NCBI GenBank assembly: GCA_965242695.1
Contig: CBDESU010000001.1
Location: 2,048,001-2,112,000 of the forward strand
Length of the DNA: 64,000 nucleotides
Source of the DNA: Cenarchaeum sp.
Lineage (GTDB): Archaea > Thermoproteota > Nitrososphaeria > Nitrososphaerales > Nitrosopumilaceae
Direction of reading: 5' to 3'
The translations under genes were made by a program, and so were the position numbers. The stretch's first letter is position 1, and the number at the start of each line of letters is the position of its first letter. A model generated the notes under the pieces. The model did no database searches, was not told where the DNA came from, and saw nothing but the letters and a program-made list of their open reading frames with translations. Positions 38,593-49,270 of the stretch are shown one piece after another.

Positions 38593-41453
38593 TGCCTAAA
38601 AATATACCGAATCTTATAATTTGCAGTCCGTATGAGGAACCCAATAAGCATTGGAAATATGATCACATACGACGGGAGTTCATCCAAATAGTAGGCAGAA
38701 GGCCAGCGGGGTTTGTGACACACTCCGACACAAATCTACAGCATAATCAGCAAGGCGAATTCGTCGAGATTAAGTTGGCGGCAGAGATAAGAAAAAAGGT
38801 CAAAAAATGGAAGAATGAAGGACGTCCAGGAATTACTAGTGTGACGCGCATGCTGTTGGATCATTGGGAAAACGAAAACAGGTATGAAAAACGTCTATTT
38901 TTCTGCCAACTAGAAGCTATTGAGACTCTGATTTGGCTCTCAGAAACATCAGATTCAGAACGTAGAAAAATTAACGTGCCGTCAGACGGAGGAAAATTTA
39001 GTAGACACTGTTGTAAGATGGCCACAGGAACAGGCAAGACTGCCGTCATGGGCATGCTCATCGCATGGCAGGTATGCAATGCAGTCACAAATTCCAGTGA
39101 CCGCAGATTTTCGAAGAATGTGCTCGTAGTAGCTCCAGGCCTAACGGTAAAATCAAGGTTGCAAGTCCTCTATCCAAAAAACACAAACAACATCTATGAA
39201 GAATTTGATTTGATTCCGAATCAACTATATAATAAAATTTTCAAAGGAGTAATTGTGGTGACCAACTGGCACAAGCTTCAACCGGAAACAGATCAACCAT
39301 ACGGTGTAATCAAAATGGGTACAGAAACTGACGATGTCTTTACAAATAGAATACTGGGTCAAGTCAACGGCAAAATTGTGGTGATAAACGACGAAGCACA
39401 TCACGCATATCGAGTAGACAACATACTCAATAAAAAAGATAGAATGGGTAATAGGCAAAACAGAGATCGATTATGGGTTGAAGGACTAGACCGAATACAT
39501 CGTAGCAAAGAAATAACCACTTGTTACGACTTCAGCGCAACGCCATTTGTGTCAACGGGAAAAGGAACAACCAAAGAAGATTTATTTAAATGGATAGTGT
39601 CGGATTTTTCACTTAACGATGCTATTGAATCAGGCCTAGTAAAAACACCCAGAGTGGCAATAAAAGACGACAGCGATGTGTTATCAAAGGATAAAAAATC
39701 GCGCCTAGCGCACATTTACGTAGATAAAGAAGTAAAGTTTGATCTAGGCAAGGATCTGTCCCCATCTAGCCAATTGCCAGATCTTGTGAGAAATGCATAC
39801 ATGCTGTTAGGTAAGGATTGGAGAGAGACAAAAAAAAGATGGGACCTAGCAGGAAGTGATGTTCCGCCTGTTATGATCACAATTTGCAATAAAACTAATA
39901 CTGCTGCACGTATTGTCCACGCATTTCAAAACAACGATTTTGGAATCAGTGAATTGGGTGATGAAAGCTGTTTGTTGCATATCGATTCAGCAGTACTTAA
40001 GAAAGCGGAATCAAGGAACGCCGCAGGGTCAAGCGATCGTCCAGAGTTACTTAGAAAAATGGTCGACACAGTAGGTAAAAGGGGAAAGACGGGCGAAAAA
40101 ATTCAAAACATTGTCGCGGTGCAAATGCTTTCCGAGGGATGGGATGCTAGAACGGTGACACATATCATGGGACTCAGGGCATTCACAAGCCAGCTCTTGT
40201 GCGAACAGGTCATAGGCAGAGGTTTACGGAGAACGTCATATGAAGTCGATTTAAAAACAGGTTTATTCTTTCCCGAGTATGTCACAGTTTTTGGCGTACC
40301 GTTTTCTTACCTCCCCCACGAACTTTCAAAAGGTTTGCCCCCAATCCCAACCATCCCAATCAAGCCGGATTCAAATAAAATAAACCACAAAATATCATGG
40401 CCCAATATAGATAGGATTGACATGGATATTAAGCCATGTCTACAAGTAAACTGGAGCTTGATCAAACCCTTGGTCCTTAAAAGCACCAAGGTGATCACCA
40501 TGGCAGACATGGCGAGGATGGTGGGCGGTGAAGCAGACGAAAAAAATACGACAACGGTAGATATGAGAGATGCAGAATCACAGATCAGGATGCAAAGGGT
40601 AATTTTTACCGCCTCAAAAGCAATTTATAATGATCTCAAACCAGATTGGAGCGGAAATAAAGATGCGTTGATCATGCAGGTCATAAAAATTGTAGAAGAG
40701 TTTATAAATCGAGACTTAGTGACTGTAACGGATTCAACAGGAAGTGTGTTGCGCAAGAAAGTGACCGTAATGTTCAACATGGCCAAAATTGTTGCTCATG
40801 TTTGTAAAGCAATAACAGATTCTAGTGCAGAACACGGACGCATACGTCTTAATCCTATCAATCCAACCAGATCTACCTCGAACATGAGAGAGTGGTACAC
40901 CTCAAAACATACATCACATGCAGCAAAAACACATATAAACTTAGCTGTTTATGACGATACAACATGGGAAATTACTACAGGTTACAAGCTTGAAAAATGC
41001 GACAGTGTCATATCATGGGTAAAAAATGATCACCTAAAATTTTCGATCAAATATATTTACAATGGTATTGCACATGATTATTATCCAGATTTTCTTATTA
41101 CACTCAAAAATGGCGTGACACTTGTACTTGAGATCAAAGGCAGAGACAGTGCTAAAAACAAGACAAAATACAACGCACTAGAAGAGTGGATCAACGCAGT
41201 TAACTCCGACGGACGGTTTGGGGCATGGGCGCATGATATATCATTTGACCCTAGCAATGTCCTTGACATCATAAATAAGCACGTCAAGTTGGGTAATCTC
41301 CTACAGCTGCGTGCTAAATGTTACGTGTGTAACAAAACAGCCATGACTGCAGGCGAAGTAGTAGACATGTTTGGATTTCATAACTTAGACGGTTTTATAA
41401 AACCACAACCACAATGCAGAAGTTGTCGTATAATGCAAAAAGAAAAAAGTTAA
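38592..41453 (+). CDS. res: Type III R-M restriction subunit (Res)
   Basis: MATGTGKT, DEAHH, SATP, EQVIGRGLRR, YYPDF...LEIKG. Confidence 0.9.
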   Translation: MPKNIPNLIICSPYEEPNKHWKYDHIRREFIQIVGRRPAGFVTHSDTNLQHNQQGEFVEIKLAAEIRKKVKKWKNEGRPGITSVTRMLLDHWENENRYEKRLFFCQLEAIETLIWLSETSDSERRKINVPSDGGKFSRHCCKMATGTGKTAVMGMLIAWQVCNAVTNSSDRRFSKNVLVVAPGLTVKSRLQVLYPKNTNNIYEEFDLIPNQLYNKIFKGVIVVTNWHKLQPETDQPYGVIKMGTETDDVFTNRILGQVNGKIVVINDEAHHAYRVDNILNKKDRMGNRQNRDRLWVEGLDRIHRSKEITTCYDFSATPFVSTGKGTTKEDLFKWIVSDFSLNDAIESGLVKTPRVAIKDDSDVLSKDKKSRLAHIYVDKEVKFDLGKDLSPSSQLPDLVRNAYMLLGKDWRETKKRWDLAGSDVPPVMITICNKTNTAARIVHAFQNNDFGISELGDESCLLHIDSAVLKKAESRNAAGSSDRPELLRKMVDTVGKRGKTGEKIQNIVAVQMLSEGWDARTVTHIMGLRAFTSQLLCEQVIGRGLRRTSYEVDLKTGLFFPEYVTVFGVPFSYLPHELSKGLPPIPTIPIKPDSNKINHKISWPNIDRIDMDIKPCLQVNWSLIKPLVLKSTKVITMADMARMVGGEADEKNTTTVDMRDAESQIRMQRVIFTASKAIYNDLKPDWSGNKDALIMQVIKIVEEFINRDLVTVTDSTGSVLRKKVTVMFNMAKIVAHVCKAITDSSAEHGRIRLNPINPTRSTSNMREWYTSKHTSHAAKTHINLAVYDDTTWEITTGYKLEKCDSVISWVKNDHLKFSIKYIYNGIAHDYYPDFLITLKNGVTLVLEIKGRDSAKNKTKYNALEEWINAVNSDGRFGAWAHDISFDPSNVLDIINKHVKLGNLLQLRAKCYVCNKTAMTAGEVVDMFGFHNLDGFIKPQPQCRSCRIMQKEKS

Positions 41454-41693
41454 AAAAAACACTGTAAGATACGGAACAAGGCTCGTGATGTATCAAAGAA
41501 GAGGTAAGAGACTATGTCAAAAATCATGTTTTTGCATACGGAGTTCAAGGTACACATTCAGGCCTCTAGCATCAGGCCGTGCCCTGGTTGCCTCCGACGC
41601 GCGCGCTGTTTACCATAGACCCTAATATGGACTATTCAAGCGTAGAAGGGAGTGTAAAGGGTTTTATCCCACCCCACACGCCTGCGGGCGAGC

Positions 41694-42320
41694 ATGTCAC
41701 TAGACACCGCCAGAGAATCTCTTGAGTCGATAGCAGGATCGCTATCAAATGCGCACGATGCGCGCGAGTACCTCATTCGCAACACACGCGACGTGGTCAT
41801 ACTCTGCTCTAGATCCATAGCCGCGGTGCATCGAGGCGACATGGACAACGCCTTGTCAAAGGCCGACGAGGCAGAGCGCTTGCTCAGGTCGCACCGCAAA
41901 AAGGCAGGCAGCGACCTAGTCGCCCACCTGGCCGTCGCCGAGCAAGAGCTTGTCGAGGCAAGAGCTCTGATCGCCATCGCCTCGCGCAAGCCGGTGCCCT
42001 CGGCGGCCGAGCTAGGCACACCTGACGGGGCGTACGTGCTAGGCCTACTCGACTGCATAGGCGAACTCAAGCGCCTTGCGCTGGACCGCATCAGGGCCGG
42101 CGACGCGGCCGAGTCGAATAGAGTCTTTGGCATAATGCAGGAGCTGTACGAGGCGGTGTACCCGTTTGCCACCCTGGACAAGGTCGTAAGGGACGTGCGC
42201 CGCAAGCTCGACGTGAACAGGTCGCTCATAGAGAGCGTGCGCGCCGCAGTCACCGAAGAGGCAAGGCGCGCCGAGCTGATCAGGGCCCTAGGGGAAGCTA
42301 GCGGAGCCAGCGGGGGCTGA
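41694..42320 (+). CDS. Translin/C3PO family protein
   Basis: AREYLIRNTRDV, QELVEA, YVLGLLDCIGELKR, RRKLD. Confidence 0.85.
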   Translation: MSLDTARESLESIAGSLSNAHDAREYLIRNTRDVVILCSRSIAAVHRGDMDNALSKADEAERLLRSHRKKAGSDLVAHLAVAEQELVEARALIAIASRKPVPSAAELGTPDGAYVLGLLDCIGELKRLALDRIRAGDAAESNRVFGIMQELYEAVYPFATLDKVVRDVRRKLDVNRSLIESVRAAVTEEARRAELIRALGEASGASGG

Positions 42321-42360
42321 CGGCGGACGGTGCGTAGTAGTAACCGGATAGTTGTGGTAG

Positions 42361-42445
42361 TGCGGGCGATGGGATTTGAACCCACGAACTCCTAAGAGAC
42401 TAGCCCCTCAAGCTAGCGCCTTTGGCCAGGCTGGGCGACACCCGC
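42361..42445 (-). tRNA. tRNA-Leu(GAG)
   Basis: Cloverleaf; anticodon arm CTAGC-TTGAGGG-GCTAG; long variable arm; GTTCAAATC. Confidence 0.95.
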
Positions 42446-42705
42446 ACCCGGCCGCACAGGGCGGATTTTATAATCTATGGCAGGCCGTCGGCAGGGCACT
42501 CATGCGCCCTCCGCGTCAGGCACAGCTGCAGGTGCATGTCAATGACCCCCGCAGGAAGCCCGACACTCCACCGCTACCCCGAACAGGAGGCATGCCGCAT
42601 CTAGCGGCGCTGGTCGCATGCCGATCGGTCTAACCACGAAGGCTCGATTGGAGACGGCCAGATGTTCGTCCACGCCCGCACCCCAAAGACCACCGCCTCC
42701 GGGCC

Positions 42706-44052
42706 CTACCCCAAAAGATCGTCAAGGGCCTTCATGTTTGCAGCCCAAAAGCCTCGCAGGCCTCCGCCGACCTGCCCGCGCTCGTTGATGTCGAGACGCT
42801 CGGCTCCGGCCACGACCCCCGCCTCGCCGGTGCCAAAGGAGTTGATGACGAGATCGGCGTTCGTGATCGGGCACCCCTCCTTCCTGACGTACCCAAGCAG
42901 CGGGTAGAGGATGTGGCTGCTGTGGCACGTGAATATGATCTGCTTGCCCTCCTCGACCGACAGCCTCACCATGGCGCCGGCAAGCCTGGTCTGGGACTCC
43001 GGATCCAGGTGCATCTCCGGCTCTTCTATGGCGATGACCGAGCCCCTTGGCGATCCGGCCAGCACGGCCAGCATCGTGATCAGGCTGGCCGATCCATCCC
43101 CCCTGCGCACTGCGGCGCCCGGCGATCCGGCGCCCGCAAAGTCCGGCGGCAATCCCCGCCCTTCGCCGCCGGCCGGCGGCAGGGCGCGCGCCGCGACCCG
43201 GCCGAGCCCGATGTCTTCAAGCAGGGAGGACACCTTGTTCCGGAGCGGCGCATTCTCAACGATCCAGCCGAGCGGCGACGATGCGCCTCCCGCGCGGCCG
43301 ACCGGCGGCAGGCCCAAGCCGCGTTCGAGAGGCGATGCGTACAAGTCGACAGCCCTTGAAAACGGAACATAGTACGCCCCGGCGAGCAGGGTGGCAAAGT
43401 ATTCGCCGCTTGCAAGCGAGTCCGCAAGCGCGCCTGCCGCGGGGCGGTTGCCCGGGGGCAGGCGTATGCGCGGCGCAAAGCCGCCGTCCTCCTGTGCCTG
43501 CTCGGCGCGCCCCGCCGGCACCCATGGACCCGTCACCGTGGCCGAGCCGCGCTGCCCGTCGTACGCGTATGCCACCCTCGTCTCGCACGGTCCCGATGCG
43601 GCCGCACCGCGCCACATTTCGACCGCAGCATCGACCCTGCTTGGCCGTCCTGATCTGCCAAATTCTGCGCCGTACGAAAAGCTGCTGGCCACACCGGGGG
43701 CGCCGTCCATGCCGATGACCCTTTGCCCCTCCACCCCGATGCGCATGTTGCGAGGTGAGTCCCCGTCCGCCGCCATGCCTCCAAAGTCCCCGCTGTCGAG
43801 CGAGCCGCCGCCACCCGCGGCATGTCCCTTTTCAAGGGCTGCCTTGATCACAAACAGGGCCTGCAGGGCGGTCGTCTTGCCCGATCCAGTCGGTCCGATC
43901 AGGGCCGTAATCCTTCCCAGATCAAGGTCGAGAGTCCCGTGGCCCCTGAAGTTGCGCAGGCTCATGCGGCCGAGCCGCGTGTGCCGCGTCTGCAGCCGCG
44001 CATCCTCCAAGTCGGACTGTGCGCCGCTCATCATCTGCATCGCCATGGCCAT
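42706..44052 (-). CDS. ABC-type (AAA_15/AAA_21-like) ATPase
   Basis: LRNFRG, GPTGSGKT, IEEPEMHL, CHS. Confidence 0.8.
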   Translation of the reverse strand: MAMAMQMMSGAQSDLEDARLQTRHTRLGRMSLRNFRGHGTLDLDLGRITALIGPTGSGKTTALQALFVIKAALEKGHAAGGGGSLDSGDFGGMAADGDSPRNMRIGVEGQRVIGMDGAPGVASSFSYGAEFGRSGRPSRVDAAVEMWRGAAASGPCETRVAYAYDGQRGSATVTGPWVPAGRAEQAQEDGGFAPRIRLPPGNRPAAGALADSLASGEYFATLLAGAYYVPFSRAVDLYASPLERGLGLPPVGRAGGASSPLGWIVENAPLRNKVSSLLEDIGLGRVAARALPPAGGEGRGLPPDFAGAGSPGAAVRRGDGSASLITMLAVLAGSPRGSVIAIEEPEMHLDPESQTRLAGAMVRLSVEEGKQIIFTCHSSHILYPLLGYVRKEGCPITNADLVINSFGTGEAGVVAGAERLDINERGQVGGGLRGFWAANMKALDDLLG

Positions 44053-44568
44053 GGTTGCGGCCGCCTTGGGAGTCTATGTTAGCCTTTGCCAGTGGCGCAG
44101 GACCGTCCGCGCGCCCTGTCGAACGCGCCGCAGGGGGCGGGGCGGCGCAGAATCCGATGCGTTGAGGTCGCACGGATGATCAAGGCGGGCAGGTGGGAGA
44201 CAGTGGGCGGGAAGAGCGCTCGCAGGCACGGGGCGCCGCCGCTCAGGCCGGCAGAGTGGGCGCGCGGTGCGGCAGGCTAGACGCAGACGCCACATGCGCC
44301 GTGTAGCCATCCCGCAGGCAGGCGGCGCGAGCAGTGGCAGCCCGCGCCGGCTCGGAGGCGATCCAAGCGCAGATGGGACGGATGCCGCGCCTGCAGGCCC
44401 GCGCCGCGCAGCAGCCGCGCCGCGCGCCGGCAGTCCGGCAGGCCGCGCCCAGAGCCCCCGCAGTACGGCCCGCCCGCGCCCGTGCAGCGAACGGGTCTAG
44501 TGGCGCCTACAGGCCCCCTGATGCCGCCGCATCGTTGATTTTTATAGGCTCGAAAACGGCGCGCGCCC

Positions 44569-44805
44569 GTGCTGATCCCCGTCAGGTGCTTTACGTGCGG
44601 CAGCGTGGTCGCCGACAGGCACGCCGAGTACAAGGAGCGCACCACCAACGGCGAGAACGCCGGCAAGGTCCTTGACGACCTGGGGATCATGCGGTACTGC
44701 TGCCGGCGGATGCTCCTCACGTCGGTCGAGACCATAAAGCAGATCGTTCCGTTCTACGAGGCCGTCAACAGGCGCAAGCTAGAGGTACAGAGCGAGCTTG
44801 AGTGA
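44569..44805 (+). CDS. rpoN: RNA polymerase subunit N (Rpo10)
   Basis: PVRCFTCG...RYCCRRM. Confidence 0.95.
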   Translation: MLIPVRCFTCGSVVADRHAEYKERTTNGENAGKVLDDLGIMRYCCRRMLLTSVETIKQIVPFYEAVNRRKLEVQSELE

Positions 44806-46141
44806 CGAGGCCGGCCACGGCGGCATCAGCGGGACGGATGGACAGCCCCCCCACAGGATCACGTCCGTGGTGGCCCGCGTGGTCTACAACAGCCGCGGCT
44901 CAAAGACCATAGAGGCAGACGTCGTCACAGACGGCAGGTTCAGGGGCAGGACGGCCGCGCCGTCGGGCGCAAGCGTCGGCAGGCGCGAGGCCGTCGCGTT
45001 CCCCGAGGGCGGCCCGGCCAGGAGCGTGCAGATCATCGGCGAGGGCGCCGGCGCATTCACGGGCCTGGACCCGGCCGACATGCAGGCGGTCCACGGCGCG
45101 ATCCGGTCGATCGACGACACGCCCAACTATTCCCGCATGGGCGGGGCCGCCGCCTTTGCGGTGTCGATCGCGGCCGCAGAGTCGGCCGCGCGGGCGCGCG
45201 GCGAGCCGCTGTTCCGGACCATATCGGACGGATGCCGGAGCATCGGCGGCGGCGGCGCAGCGCCGGAGCTCTACCTCCCGCGCCCGCTCGGAAACATACT
45301 CGGCGGCGGAGCGCACGCCGGCGCAGGCGCCCCCGACATACAGGAGATTCTGGTGTGCGCCGTCGGCGCCCGCACCGCGCGCGAGGCAGTAGAGACGAAC
45401 ATCGCCGTCCACGCCGAGCTCGGAGCAGTACTACAGCGCGACGACCCGATGTTCTCGGGCGGCAAGGGCGACGAGGGCGGGTGGGCCCCAAGGGCCGACA
45501 ACGAAAAGGCGCTTGCGCTGGCAGCGAGGGCGTGCGAGAACCTCGGGTACACGCTGGGCAGAGAGGTAGCGCTCGGCGTCGACTTTGCCTCCTCTACGCA
45601 GTGGGACGAAAAGGCGGGCAGGTATGACTACGCGAGGGCCGGAGTCTCGAACACGCCCGGCGAGCAGGTAGAGTTCGCATCGTCGATAATCGACAGGTAC
45701 AAGCTAGCGTACGCCGAGGACGCCGTCCACGAGGACGACTTTGACGGCATGGCAGAGGTCGCCTCCAGGTGCCCCCGCACGCTCGTGACCGGCGACGACC
45801 TGACCGTCACGAGCGCCGAGGCGCTGCGCACGGCAGTGTCCAGGAGGTCGTGCAACGCGGCCATCCTAAAGGTCAACCAGGCGGGCGGCCTGCGCGACGC
45901 GGCCGAGTTTGCCGCCGAGGCGGCCGCGTCCGGCGTGCGCCTGGTCACGTCGCACCGCTCTGGCGAGACGCCCGACGCCCACATCGCCCACGTGGGGATC
46001 GCCACGTCGTCGGCCATGCTCAAGGCCGGCATAGTCGGCGGCGAGAGGGTCGCAAAGCTCAACGAGCTCGTCAGGGCCGAGGAAGAGTACGGCCCGGCGG
46101 GGCAGGGTTTAATAAAGGGGCTCGCGGGGGCGCAAGCCTAG
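44798..46141 (+). CDS. eno: Enolase
   Basis: NSRG, PSGASVG, GDEGG, LKVNQAG, SHRSGET. Confidence 0.93.
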   Translation: MSDEAGHGGISGTDGQPPHRITSVVARVVYNSRGSKTIEADVVTDGRFRGRTAAPSGASVGRREAVAFPEGGPARSVQIIGEGAGAFTGLDPADMQAVHGAIRSIDDTPNYSRMGGAAAFAVSIAAAESAARARGEPLFRTISDGCRSIGGGGAAPELYLPRPLGNILGGGAHAGAGAPDIQEILVCAVGARTAREAVETNIAVHAELGAVLQRDDPMFSGGKGDEGGWAPRADNEKALALAARACENLGYTLGREVALGVDFASSTQWDEKAGRYDYARAGVSNTPGEQVEFASSIIDRYKLAYAEDAVHEDDFDGMAEVASRCPRTLVTGDDLTVTSAEALRTAVSRRSCNAAILKVNQAGGLRDAAEFAAEAAASGVRLVTSHRSGETPDAHIAHVGIATSSAMLKAGIVGGERVAKLNELVRAEEEYGPAGQGLIKGLAGAQA

Positions 46142-47025
46142 TGAGCCAGCGGCAGGAGAGGGACGGCGGGGGCTACGACCCGCACCGTGAGCAGCAGAAC
46201 AGGAGCATACGGGCGGGCACGCAGGTCGTCACAAAGTCGATGAGCCGCTTTGTCACGTCGCCGAGCAGCGAGGGGCAGTACAACTTTGACCTCGACACGA
46301 CGTACAGCCGCATACGGGTGGCCGCCAAGTTCATCAAGCGGACGATCATGGGCGACGGCGGGCCGGCCGGCGTCCTCGTGTTCTCGTCAAAAGAGATCGC
46401 CCGCGAGTCGATCGAGGCGTTCTGCAAGGAGACTGGCACGACGCCAAAGATGGGCAGGTTCATGCCCGGCACGCTGACCAACCCGTCCCTGCCGTACTAT
46501 ACAGAGCCGACGCTCGTCGTCGTCTCGGACCCGCAGGCCGACTCGCAGGCGGTCACCGAGGCGACGAACGCTGGGGTGCCCGTCGTCGGCGTGGCGAGCA
46601 CCGAGGGCATGCCGTTCAGGGTCGACGTGGTCATCCCGGCCAACAACCGCGACCGGCGGGCCCTGGAGGGGGTGTACAAGCGGCTCGCCGAAGAGATCGA
46701 CATGGTCGCCGTCGATCCGGCGGCCGACGGCAATGCGGCCGCCGCCGCGGCGGCGGCAGCTGCCACCGGCCGCGACGTAAGGGAGGCCGAGGAGGCTGCC
46801 AAAAAGGAGGCCGAGGAGGCTGCCAAAAAGGAGGCCGAGGACGGGGGCGGCGATGCATCCGCCGCCGCTGGTGCTACAGGAGACGGAGGGGCTGCCGAGG
46901 CGGCCGCCGGAGGCGATGCCGCGGAAAAGGCGGCGAAGGCCGCAGGTGGCGAGGCATCGGGTGGCGAAGGCAACAAGCCGTCGTCGACTACGACCCCCGC
47001 CTCGGGCGGCGGCGAATCCGCATAA
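46141..47025 (+). CDS. rps2: 30S ribosomal protein uS2 with Ala/Glu-rich tail
   Basis: GRFMPGTLTNP, DP..D.QAV.EA, IPANN. Confidence 0.92.
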   Translation: MSQRQERDGGGYDPHREQQNRSIRAGTQVVTKSMSRFVTSPSSEGQYNFDLDTTYSRIRVAAKFIKRTIMGDGGPAGVLVFSSKEIARESIEAFCKETGTTPKMGRFMPGTLTNPSLPYYTEPTLVVVSDPQADSQAVTEATNAGVPVVGVASTEGMPFRVDVVIPANNRDRRALEGVYKRLAEEIDMVAVDPAADGNAAAAAAAAAATGRDVREAEEAAKKEAEEAAKKEAEDGGGDASAAAGATGDGGAAEAAAGGDAAEKAAKAAGGEASGGEGNKPSSTTTPASGGGESA

Positions 47026-47933
47026 TGCCGCAGGTGAGGGAGCCCGCAGTCGCGGGAATGTTCTACCCCGACGGCAGGGACGAGCTAGAGGCCGAGATAC
47101 GCAGGTGCAGCGGGGACGAGTACGGGCCGCACGGCGGCAAGGAAGAGTCCGAGGATGCGGCCCCCGTCCTCGGCGCCATCTGCCCCCACGCGGGGTACCG
47201 GTACTCGGGGCCCGTCGCATGCCACTCGATCGAGGCGCTCGCATCCGAGGCGTCCAGGCGGCGCGATGAGGGCGGCGGGGACGGCGAGTCGCAGTCCCTA
47301 TTCATCATGGCCGGCCCGAACCACCGCGGCATCGGGGCCGCCACGGCCACGATGTCGCACTGCGCATGGCGCACGCCGCTCGGCGACGTAGAGGTAGACT
47401 CGCAGGCGGCCGACGCCCTGGCCGCCGAGTCCGGCGGCATGGCCAGGCCGGACAACTATGCGCACTCTGGCGAGCACAGCCTAGAGGTGCAGGTTCCGAT
47501 GCTGCAGCACTTTGTCGGCCCCGGCGTGTCCATACTGCCCGTCCTGATGGCCGACCAGTCGAGCGGGACGGCCGAGAGGCTGGGCCATGCGATGGCCAGG
47601 GTGGCCGCTGGGGCGGGCCGTGGGGGCGAGGGCCCCGCGATGCTGATCGGCTCGTCTGACCTGACGCACTACGAGCCGAACGGCGATGCGCACGAAAAGG
47701 ACGGCGAGCTCGTCGAGGCGATCCTCGGCATGGACGTAGAAGGGTTCTACCGCATCCTGCGGGACAGGCACGTGACGGCGTGCGGGTACGGGGCGATCGC
47801 CGCCACGATGGTCGCATGCGCCGACCTCGGCGCCACGCGGGGCAGGCTGCTCAGGTACGCGACGAGCTACGACGTCGCCGGCGCCGACGAGTCGTCGGTC
47901 GTAGGGTACGCGTCGGTAGTGTTCTGCCGATGA
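47025..47933 (+). CDS. MEMO1/AmmeMemoRadiSam protein B
   Basis: REPAVAGMFYP, PHAGY.YSG, EHSLEVQ, SSDLTHY. Confidence 0.92.
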   Translation: MPQVREPAVAGMFYPDGRDELEAEIRRCSGDEYGPHGGKEESEDAAPVLGAICPHAGYRYSGPVACHSIEALASEASRRRDEGGGDGESQSLFIMAGPNHRGIGAATATMSHCAWRTPLGDVEVDSQAADALAAESGGMARPDNYAHSGEHSLEVQVPMLQHFVGPGVSILPVLMADQSSGTAERLGHAMARVAAGAGRGGEGPAMLIGSSDLTHYEPNGDAHEKDGELVEAILGMDVEGFYRILRDRHVTACGYGAIAATMVACADLGATRGRLLRYATSYDVAGADESSVVGYASVVFCR

Positions 47934-48931
47934 CGGGGGCTGGGAAGGGGGCGGTGCGCCCGGCCGCCGCGCGCGCCCCCGGCAAGGCCATACTGTTCGG
48001 CGAGCACTTTGTGGTGCACGGCTCACCGGCCATCGCGTGCGCCATCGGCAGGCACGTGACCGCGACTGTAGGGGCGCTGGAGCGGGGCGCGGTGCGCGTC
48101 GAGGCGCCGCCCTGGGAGCCGGTCGAGGCGCCGCTCGGCGAGGACATGCCCGGCGGCCTGCCGGCTCCGCTTGCGGCCGTCTGCGGCATGGCCGTGTCGG
48201 CGGCGGACAGGGCGGGGGCCGGCCTGCGCGTCGCCATCGACAGCGAGCTGCCGCTCGGCTCGGGCCTCGGCTCGTCGTCGGCGTGGTGCGTGGCAGCGGC
48301 CGCGGCCATGCGGGCGGCGCTCGGCGAAGAGTGCGGCATGGACGGCGTGCACGCCGCGGCCCTAGAGGCCGAGAGGTCCGCGTTTGGCGGGGCGTCCGGA
48401 ATCGACACGGCCGCATGCGCGTACGGCGGGTTCGGCTCGTACACGACGGGCGGGCCCGGCGCCGGATGGAGGCCGCTTGATGCGGGCGGGCCGCTGCGCC
48501 TTGTGGTGGCCGACACTGGCAAGATCCACTCGACGGCAGAGATGGTCGGGGCCGTGTCCCGGTTCAGGGACGAGAACAGGGCAGAGTTCGACATGATGGC
48601 CAACAAGTCTACCAAGATTGCCCGATACGGGGAGGTGGCCATCAAGGGTGGCGACACTGCGGCGCTGGGAAGGCTCATGTCCGAGAGCCATGCGCTCCTG
48701 TCCAGGATCGGCGTGTCCACCGACGCGGCCGATGCGCTCGTCAAGGCGGCCGAAGGGGCTGGTAGCCCGGGCGCAAAGATCACGGGCGCCGGAGGGGGAG
48801 GGTGCGTTGTTGCCCTGCCGGCCCCGGGATCGAGAGGAGAGGATGCCGTCATGAAGGCCATGGAGAATGCCGGCTCGCCGCTGCTCTTTGCGACCGGCGC
48901 GGGCACAAAGGGCGTGCACGTTTGCGCCTAG
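47930..48931 (+). CDS. mvk: Mevalonate kinase
   Basis: PGKAILFGEHFVVHG, PLGSGLGSS, KITGAGGGG. Confidence 0.93.
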   Translation: MTGAGKGAVRPAAARAPGKAILFGEHFVVHGSPAIACAIGRHVTATVGALERGAVRVEAPPWEPVEAPLGEDMPGGLPAPLAAVCGMAVSAADRAGAGLRVAIDSELPLGSGLGSSSAWCVAAAAAMRAALGEECGMDGVHAAALEAERSAFGGASGIDTAACAYGGFGSYTTGGPGAGWRPLDAGGPLRLVVADTGKIHSTAEMVGAVSRFRDENRAEFDMMANKSTKIARYGEVAIKGGDTAALGRLMSESHALLSRIGVSTDAADALVKAAEGAGSPGAKITGAGGGGCVVALPAPGSRGEDAVMKAMENAGSPLLFATGAGTKGVHVCA

Positions 48932-48955
48932 GAATCGCGCAATGAGGACAGGGTA

Positions 48956-49237
48956 TCAATCCTTGCCATACACAGCCTTGTGATCGCCCACGCGGAGAAA
49001 GACTATGCAGTCCTTTCCAACGCAATACAGTATCCTGTACGATCGATTGATCTCGTATGCAAAGGTAACGCATTTTGGGCATCCGGGAATAGCATACCGA
49101 ATATTTTTGCGTACGCCTAATGATGCAGGGTCTGCAGATTCTATTATGGTACGAAGTGCCTTGTGGGCGCGTTGCGCCATGTCTGTGTTTAATTTGGCAA
49201 TCTGCTTGCCAAACAGGGGATCTGTTATTACATGCAT
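48956..49237 (-). CDS. RelE/ParE-like toxin
   Basis: 93 aa, basic; YEINRSYRILY...FLRVGDHKAVY. Confidence 0.75.
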   Translation of the reverse strand: MHVITDPLFGKQIAKLNTDMAQRAHKALRTIIESADPASLGVRKNIRYAIPGCPKCVTFAYEINRSYRILYCVGKDCIVFLRVGDHKAVYGKD

Positions 49238-49270
49238 CAGGATTCCTCGCCAGATTGGACGGCCGCTCAT

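Noticed and set aside
42361-42445. tRNA-Leu as the integration site of the R-M island
   Set aside because: No duplicated tRNA 3' end was found, and the translin gene lies between them.
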